Shown one piece after another: positions 56,073 through 64,000 of a DNA stretch of 64,000 nt. The translations under genes and the position numbers were made by a program. Every line of letters begins with the position of its first letter. The stretch's first letter is position 1. The notes beneath the pieces are model-generated. The model was not told where the DNA came from. It was given only the letters and a program-made list of their open reading frames with translations, and ran no database searches. This stretch comes from Eledone cirrhosa (taxonomy: Eukaryota): assembly GCA_964016885.1 (NCBI GenBank), contig OZ024752.1:23560001-23624000 (forward strand). Reading direction: 5' to 3'.

Positions 56073-58232
56073 TAACTTTGAATAACTTTGAAATGTTTTG
56101 GCCAGTATTGGCCCAGGCCATGTCTAACTTAATAGCACCACCTGGCGAAGTCTTTCAATTCAGAATTTGGGCACCATGGCCCATTCGAGAAGAGAATTAC
56201 TGTTTGCGGAGACATATCCGGGTGTGGGTGGTTTGTCCGGGATTACTTGGAGGAATTTGTCCAAAGACTTCTTGAATTTTGTGTGGTCAGTTTCTGTTTT
56301 GACGTGTCCTGGTGTGATGTTGAAGAGAGCAGGGCCGATTGAGGTGAAATAATTGTGCCGTATTGTTGTTATGAGTTGCGATTTAGATTTTGAATGGGAC
56401 GGATAGCACGGGGCCCAAGCCTTGGGTGTATCTTGAAGGCGATGCCAACATCATTTGGGCAGTGATGATGGAACATTTTCCACATCATGCAGATAATATA
56501 ACGCTCACGGCGACGTTGGAGTGAGTAAAGTTTCAGGTTTTCCAATCGACCCCAGTAGTCAAGGTCTGACATGCCATCTATCTTTTTCGTGATTGCCCTT
56601 TGAGGAGCTTCAAGTTTCATGATACTTTGTTTCGTGTGGGGAGACCACAGTGGACAACAGTATTCAAGGTGTGGTCGGGCGAAAGTAGAGAAGAGAAGGA
56701 TAATGGTGCGGGAATCTCTCGACTGGAAGGTTCTGAGGATCCAGGAACACATTCTGCGGGCCATGTCAACTTTGCTGCTTATATGCGTGGTCCAGCTTAT
56801 GTTGCTGTCCACGGTTACTCCCATGTCTCTGATGTTGTTAGATGCCACGAGAGTTTCCCGGAGGGAAGGGAGTACGGGAGTTTCAGAGCATCCTCTTTTC
56901 CAAAGTGGATCAGTTCGAATTTGTCTTCGTTCAGTAACATGTTGTTCTTTTCTGCCCATTGGGTAACAGCCAGTAGGTCTGACTGAAGCTTATCCGGTCA
57001 TCCACGCCATTGATGACCTTTTGGAGCTTGGAATCATCAGCGAAAATTTTAATGTTGCTGTGTTTGATGATGTCAGTGATGTCATTAATATAGATGATGA
57101 AGAGAAGTGGGCCCAACACAGTGCCTTGTGGGACTCCACTACTGACTTTGGCTGGGCTTGATTTGACTCCCTCAACTACAACATGTTGGGTTCTGTTTGA
57201 CAGGAAGCTCTTGATCCACTGCAGCAGCTTTCCAGTGACACCAATATTGGACAGCTTTCTCAGTAGAATGTTATGATCAACCCTGTCAAAGGCCTTGCTG
57301 AAATCAAGGTAGATAACATCAGTGTTGGAACCCTCTCCCAAGGCTCTCAAAATGTCATCAAAGTGATGCAGTAGTTGCGTCAGGCAATCCCTTCCATTAC
57401 GGAATCCATGCTGGTTGGAGTTCAGCATATTGTTACTCTCAAGGAAGTGGGTCATTCGCGATCTCACCACTCGCTCAAATACCTTAATGATATGAGAGGT
57501 GAGTGAGATTGGACGGTAATTCACGGCAAGGGATTTGTTTCCCTTTTTGAAAACTGGGACAACAGACTGGGATAGAAGGTTTTCTGGCACATATCCAGCA
57601 TCCAGTGAGTTCCGCCACAGATTGGCAAGAGGAGAAGCAAGTTGGTGTTGACACGCCTTCAAGACACAAGCAGGGAACCTATCGGGACCTACTGCTGAAT
57701 TATGCTTGATTTCCTTTATTGCCGCCAAGACATCAGGGGCGCCAAACGTTATGTCCGATAAGGTGTAATGGGGAGTAACATCGCCGATACAGCCCAGATC
57801 GGCCATATCAGGATTGCTGAAAACAGAGCAGTATTGTTTCTGCAGTATCTCACCCATAGTTTTAGCATTGTCTTGAAGAGTGCCATTTTCATCAATTAGA
57901 GGGCCAACAGTAGAGCCAGTGATTTTGTGTTTTTTTGCAAATGAAAAGAACACTTTGGGATTGAGTTTGATCTTCTCAATGGCCCAGGCCTCTTCAGCTC
58001 TTCTCTGATTGTTGATGAGGGACATTATGTTGTTTTGGAGGTTATGTTTTTTAATCTCTAGTGATGAAATGGCAGTCAAGTTGATGTGTTGCTGCTGACA
58101 GTATTTCAGCTTGTTGATTTTTTTGTTCGTTCTCTTAATTTTTCTGATGAGCGTTTTTCTATTTCTAGGGATTCTGCTCTTAGATTTGTTTATAGTTCTT
58201 AATGGGGTGTGTTTAGCACATATGTTTGTAAC
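56073..58232 (-). mobile_element. CR1/L2-like LINE (second family), 5'-truncated and frameshifted
   Basis: ORFs 56931..58079 and 56369..56959: [69 protein letters not shown]; tail (TTCAAAGTTA)x2. Confidence 0.93.
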
Positions 58233-59407
58233 ATATATGTATATATATGTATATATGTATATATATATGTATATATATGTATATATATATATGTATGTAT
58301 ATATATATGTATATATATATGTATATATATGTATATATATATATGTATGTATATATATATGTATATATATGTATATATATATATGTATGTATATATATAT
58401 GTATATATATGTATGTATATATATATGTATATATATTTATATATATATATGTATATATATGTATATATATATATGTATATATATTTATATATATATATAT
58501 ATGTATATGTATATATATATATGTATATATATATGTATATATATATGTATATATATATATGTATATATATATGTATATATATATGTGTATATATATATGT
58601 ATATATATATATGTATATATATGTATATATATATATGTATATATATGTATATATATATATGTATATATATGTATATATATATATATATGTATATATATGT
58701 ATATATATATATGTATATATATGTATATATATATATGTATATATATATGTATATATATGTATATATATATATGTATATATATATGTATATATATGTATAT
58801 ATATATGTATATATATGTATATATATGTATGTATATATATGTATATATATGTAAATATATGTATGTATATATATGTATATATGTATATATATATGTATAT
58901 ATATATATGTATGTATGTATATATATGTATATATATATATGTATATATATATATGTATGTATGTATATATATGTATATATATATATGTATATATATGTAT
59001 ATATATATATGTAAATATATGTATATATATGTATATGTATATATATGTATATGTATATATATGTATATATATATATGTATATATATGTATATATATATAT
59101 ATATGTATATATATGTATATGTATATATATGTATATATATATGTATATATATGTATATGTATATATATGTATATATATATGTATATATATGTATATGTAT
59201 ATATATGTATATGTATATATATGTATATATATATATATGTATATATATGTATATATATGTATATGTATATATATGTATATATATGTATATATATATGTAT
59301 ATATATGTATATATATGTATATATATATATGTATATATATGTATATATATGTATATATATATGTATATATATGTATATATATATATGTATATATATGTAT
59401 ATATATG

Positions 59408-59438
<31 letters not shown>

Positions 59439-59523
59439 GTATATATATATATATGTATATATATATATTATATATATGTATATATATTATGTATATATAT
59501 GTATATTTATATATATGTATATA

Positions 59524-59574
<51 letters not shown>

Positions 59575-59733
59575 GTATATATATGTATATATATATGTAT
59601 ATATATGTATATATATGTATATATATGTATATATATGTATATATATATGTATATATATGTATATATATATATTTATATATATATGTATATATATGTATAT
59701 ATATATATTTATATATATATGTGTATATATATG

Positions 59734-59764
<31 letters not shown>

Positions 59765-61198
59765 GTATATATATGTATATATATATATGTATATATATAT
59801 ATGTATATATATGTATGTATATATATGTATATATATATGTATATATATGTATATATATATATATGTATATATATATGTATATATATGTATATATGTATAT
59901 ATATATGTATATATATGTATATATATATATGTATGTATATATATATGTATATATATATGTATATATATGTATATATATATATGTATGTATATATATATGT
60001 ATATACATGTATATATATATAGTATGTATATATATATGTATATATATGTATGTATATATATATATGTATATATATTATATATATATATATGTATATATAT
60101 GTATATATATATATGTATATATATTATATATATATATATATGTATATGTATATATATATATGTATATATATATGTATATATATATGTATATATATATATG
60201 TATATATATATGTATATATATATGTGTATATATATATGTATATATATATATGTATATATATGTATATATATATATGTATATATATGTATATATATATATG
60301 TATATATATGTATATATATATATATATGTATATATATGTATATATATATATGTATATATATGTATATATATATATGTATATATATATGTATATATATGTA
60401 TATATATATATGTATATATATATGTATATATATGTATATATATATATGTATATATATATGTATATATATGTATATATATATGTATATATATGTATATATA
60501 TGTATGTATATATATGTATATATATGTAAATATATGTATGTATATATATATGTATATATGTATATATATATGTATATATATATATGTATGTATGTATATA
60601 TATGTATATATATATATGTATATATATATATGTATGTATGTATATATATGTATATATATATATGTATATATATGTATATATATATATGTAAATATATGTA
60701 TATATATGTATATGTATATATATGTATATGTATATATATGTATATATATATATGTATATATATGTATATATATATATATATGTATATATATGTATATGTA
60801 TATATATGTATATATATATGTATATATATGTATATGTATATATATGTATATATATATGTATATATATGTATATGTATATATATGTATATGTATATATATG
60901 TATATATATATATATGTATATATATGTATATATATGTATATGTATATATATGTATATATATGTATATATATATATGTATATATATGTATATATATGTATA
61001 TATATATGTATATATATGTATATATATATATGTATATATATGTATATATATGTATATATATATATATATATGTATATATATGTATATATATATATATGTA
61101 TATATATGTATATATATATATATGTATATATATGTATATATATGTATATATATATATTTGTATATATATATATATGTATATATATGTATATATATATG

Positions 61199-61229
<31 letters not shown>

Positions 61230-61682
61230 GTATATATATGTATATATATATGTATATATATGTATATATATGTATATATATATGTATATATATGTATATA
61301 TATTTGTATATATATGTATATATATGTATATATATATGTATATATATGTATATATATATATTTATATATATATGTATATATATGTATATATATATATTTA
61401 TATATATATGTGTATATATATGTATATATATATATTTATATATATATGTGTATATATATATATTTATATATATATGTATATATATGTATATATATATATT
61501 TATATATATATGTATATATATATATTTATATATATATGTATATATATGTATATATATATATTTATATATATATGTATATATATGTATATATATATATTTA
61601 TATATATATGTATATATATGTATATATATATATTTATATATATATGTATATATATGTATATATATATATTTATATATATATG

Positions 61683-61720
<38 letters not shown>
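58233..61720. repeat. (TA)n-derived satellite with ~1.68-kb internal duplication, ending in (AG)n
   Basis: ORF-track products at 59045 and 60722 begin identically (offset 1677). Confidence 0.92.
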
Positions 61721-61721
<1 letters not shown>

Positions 61722-63129
61722 AACAAAATATCCTTAAAGGTAATCCGATTAGAGGTTGTGAAACTCCTTATCATGGATAGTTTAAGCGTACGGGGTTGTA
61801 TGACTCAACAAGAGGTTTACGTGGATGAAGAGTTTATGACTTCACTTGTATTCCTATGTAAGTATATCTTGGAGTGATAAAATTGAAAAAGTGAAGAATA
61901 ACATGGTCAGCAGTACGAACAAGGAAATTTATACTTCTTATCATCAATTGTTTGAATGATAGAGTTGTCTAAAAATTGCTAAACACTGAAGGCAGTGCCA
62001 CTCAATTTAAAATACATGTTATCTCCGTCATTTTGTCAGAGACTGAGAGAAAAAAAAATATATGCGTAACGGTACATTTATAAATTTAAATTACTACATA
62101 AATAATAATATTAATAATAAAGATATAGAGAGAAACAAAGGAAGGGGGACATATGGAAAGGAGGGGGAAAAGAAAGACGAAAGAGGAAAATACAAATATA
62201 TGCATAACCGGCAAAATTACGAATTCAAACTATCACATCAAAATAATATTAATAATAAAGATACAGATAGAAAGAAAAGAGGGGGATAGATGTAGTAAAG
62301 GTAGAGAAGAAAAAGAAGGATGAAGAAGGAAAAAGAGAAAGAGACAGAGAAAGATGAAGAAGGAAAAGTGAAAATAAAAACATGTTGAGAAGGAAGAAGA
62401 CTGGGAAGTTATTACAGCTAAAAATAAGCAAGCATAGACATCATAGGAAAGACAGAAGAATAGAGACGTGTGACCGGATGAGTAATTGTTGATAAATACA
62501 GGCAGAAATAGGATGGAGAGAAGAAGGAAGAGGAGCAGACGGATATATACGTTAATACAAGAATGAAAGCAAGTAAAAATAGAGATTTAAGCATAGAAAA
62601 ACATAAATAAATAAATAAAAATATAAAGAGATAAATAAATAAATAAATAGATAGATGAGTAAATAAATAATTTACATCTATTGTTATATAAAATGGTATA
62701 ATATTTGAAACGTAGAGATGTGAGTAAATAAATAAATAGATGCGTTGAAGAGAGTTGTGTTAATGTTATTGCGGATAGTTATTGATGATTGTTAAATATG
62801 GATAGATGTAAAGTTAAAAATATTATAATATTGGATATATTTATGTATGCATTGGATATTTTAATAAGTAAATTGACTAGTTTAAGATGTATTATATGAT
62901 AAACCTATTTCATCTCGATCATTTTATCTTAAGTAGAGAAATTCAAAGACAAATGGTGAAAGATAGAGGTGTATAAAATGAGAATGTAAATACAGTTGGT
63001 TCTGTGTTGTTCTTTGGTAATTATAATGGTGACGATGCTGCTGATAATGTGATATCGTAGTAGATTCTAATGGTATAAAATGGGGATAAGGAATAGAAAA
63101 TGGAATTAAGTTGGTCTAAAGTTCTCGAA

Positions 63130-63400
63130 TTTCGTTGCTGATTTGTGCCGACAAAAAAAATAGTTCGTTCAATTCTACTATTAAGGATGGTTTTGCTGAA
63201 ATTAAGAATTACAGAGCCTGCATTGGGACATACCAATCTGATAGGCCTTTGCTTTTGACAATATTGCCCAACTGATCTCGTACTCTATGTTTGCATTCTT
63301 GAGTTGCCAGATTTTGTTGGCGAGTGTTGTTGTTTTTGAGAGATACTTGTTAATCATAGAATGTCTGTGTACGCACCACCTTTTCTTAAATTCACCATGC
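63130..63400 (-). pseudogene. GIY-YIG endonuclease C-terminal remnant of a Penelope-like element
   Basis: FKKRWCVHRHSM...TTLANKIWQLK...YEISWAILSKAKAY...CRLC, then LNSRIE in a shifted frame. Confidence 0.75.
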
Positions 63401-63408
63401 CGAGCTAC

Positions 63409-63511
63409 CTGACGAAATGATGGAGATAACATGTATTTTAAATTGAGTGGCACTGCCTTTAGTGTTTAGCAATTTTTAGACAACTCTATCATAGAAACAA
63501 TTGTTAGACTG
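63409..63511 (+). ncRNA. Hammerhead motif lacking the 5' strand of stem I
   Basis: CTGACGA-AATGATGGAG...CTCTATCATA-GAAA-CAATTG-TT-AGACTG; the missing CAGTCT arm is retained in the other pLTR copy (minus strand, 62040-62045). Confidence 0.65.
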
Positions 63512-63562
63512 TAAATAAATGTCCTTGTTTGTAGTGCTGACCATGTTATTCTTCACTTTTTC

Positions 63563-63601
<39 letters not shown>

Positions 63602-63604
<3 letters not shown>

Positions 63605-63746
63605 CGAAGGAAATGTGGTAAGGAACCAGGTGGACCATAACGCACCAAAGTACTCAATACTTAGGGTAGTAGAGTGGGTAATAGGAACAAGTAAGACCCC
63701 GACGGCTGAGCTCAAGCCGTTTCGACGGCTAATTCTGGACTGAATG

Positions 63747-63750
<4 letters not shown>
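63602..63750 (-). mobile_element. Short pLTR-like fragment with partial hammerhead (GAAA + stem III + GUC only)
   Basis: Reverse complement GAAA-CGGCT-tgagctc-AGCCG-TC-GGGG; 63602-63660 is related to the reverse complement of 5890-5948. Confidence 0.5.
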
Positions 63751-63785
<35 letters not shown>

Positions 63786-64000
63786 AAGGTATATATTGAG
63801 TTAGGAACTCAAAATAGTCTCTTACAACAAAATAGCTCTAAGAAAGAGATATTTCTGAGCCGTATATTATAATAGAATATAAAAGAAAAACGAACACAGA
63901 CATACAGATATATGTGTTCAAATCGTAAGGGACCTGATTCGCTAAGGTGAAAAGAATACTAACTATAGACAATTGGGTTCGCTTGTCTCAATTTAAGACA

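Larger units (their letters stand above)
61721..63566 (-). mobile_element. Penelope-like element, 5'-truncated: GIY-YIG C-terminal remnant, long 3' UTR, pseudo-LTR, and inverted pLTR copy at the 5' junction
   Basis: 61881-62039 is an inverted repeat of 63409-63566; both arms contain hammerhead core remnants; ORF remnant at 63130-63400. Confidence 0.78.

Overview
Eukaryotic, AT-rich, repeat-saturated window with no recognisable host protein-coding gene. The SINE families and microsatellite load suggest a cephalopod (octopus-like) genome; this is an inference. Contents: (1) simple repeats: a (CAC)n block with a 558-bp higher-order period, (CT)n tracts and about 12 kb of (TA)n/(TATATG)n satellite with a 200-N gap; (2) decayed non-LTR retrotransposons of the CR1/L2-like, RTE, CRE, Dong/R4 and Tx1/L1 groups plus a Penelope-like (GIY-YIG) remnant; (3) many tRNA-derived SINEs, two Helitron-like elements, a hAT relic and a possible MITE. 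The most notable signal is non-coding: 16 near-identical 310-bp tandem units (50825-55788), each carrying a minimal type I hammerhead ribozyme, with an inverted 5' copy, i.e. a retrozyme-like array. About ten further, mostly sequence-distinct hammerhead motifs lie in short, often fold-back elements embedded in (TA)n. A separate ~16-kb nest (15.8-31.5 kb) of Tx1, Dong/R4 and SINE copies is joined at nearly every junction by (ATT)n. All RNA structures were paired by eye, not computed.
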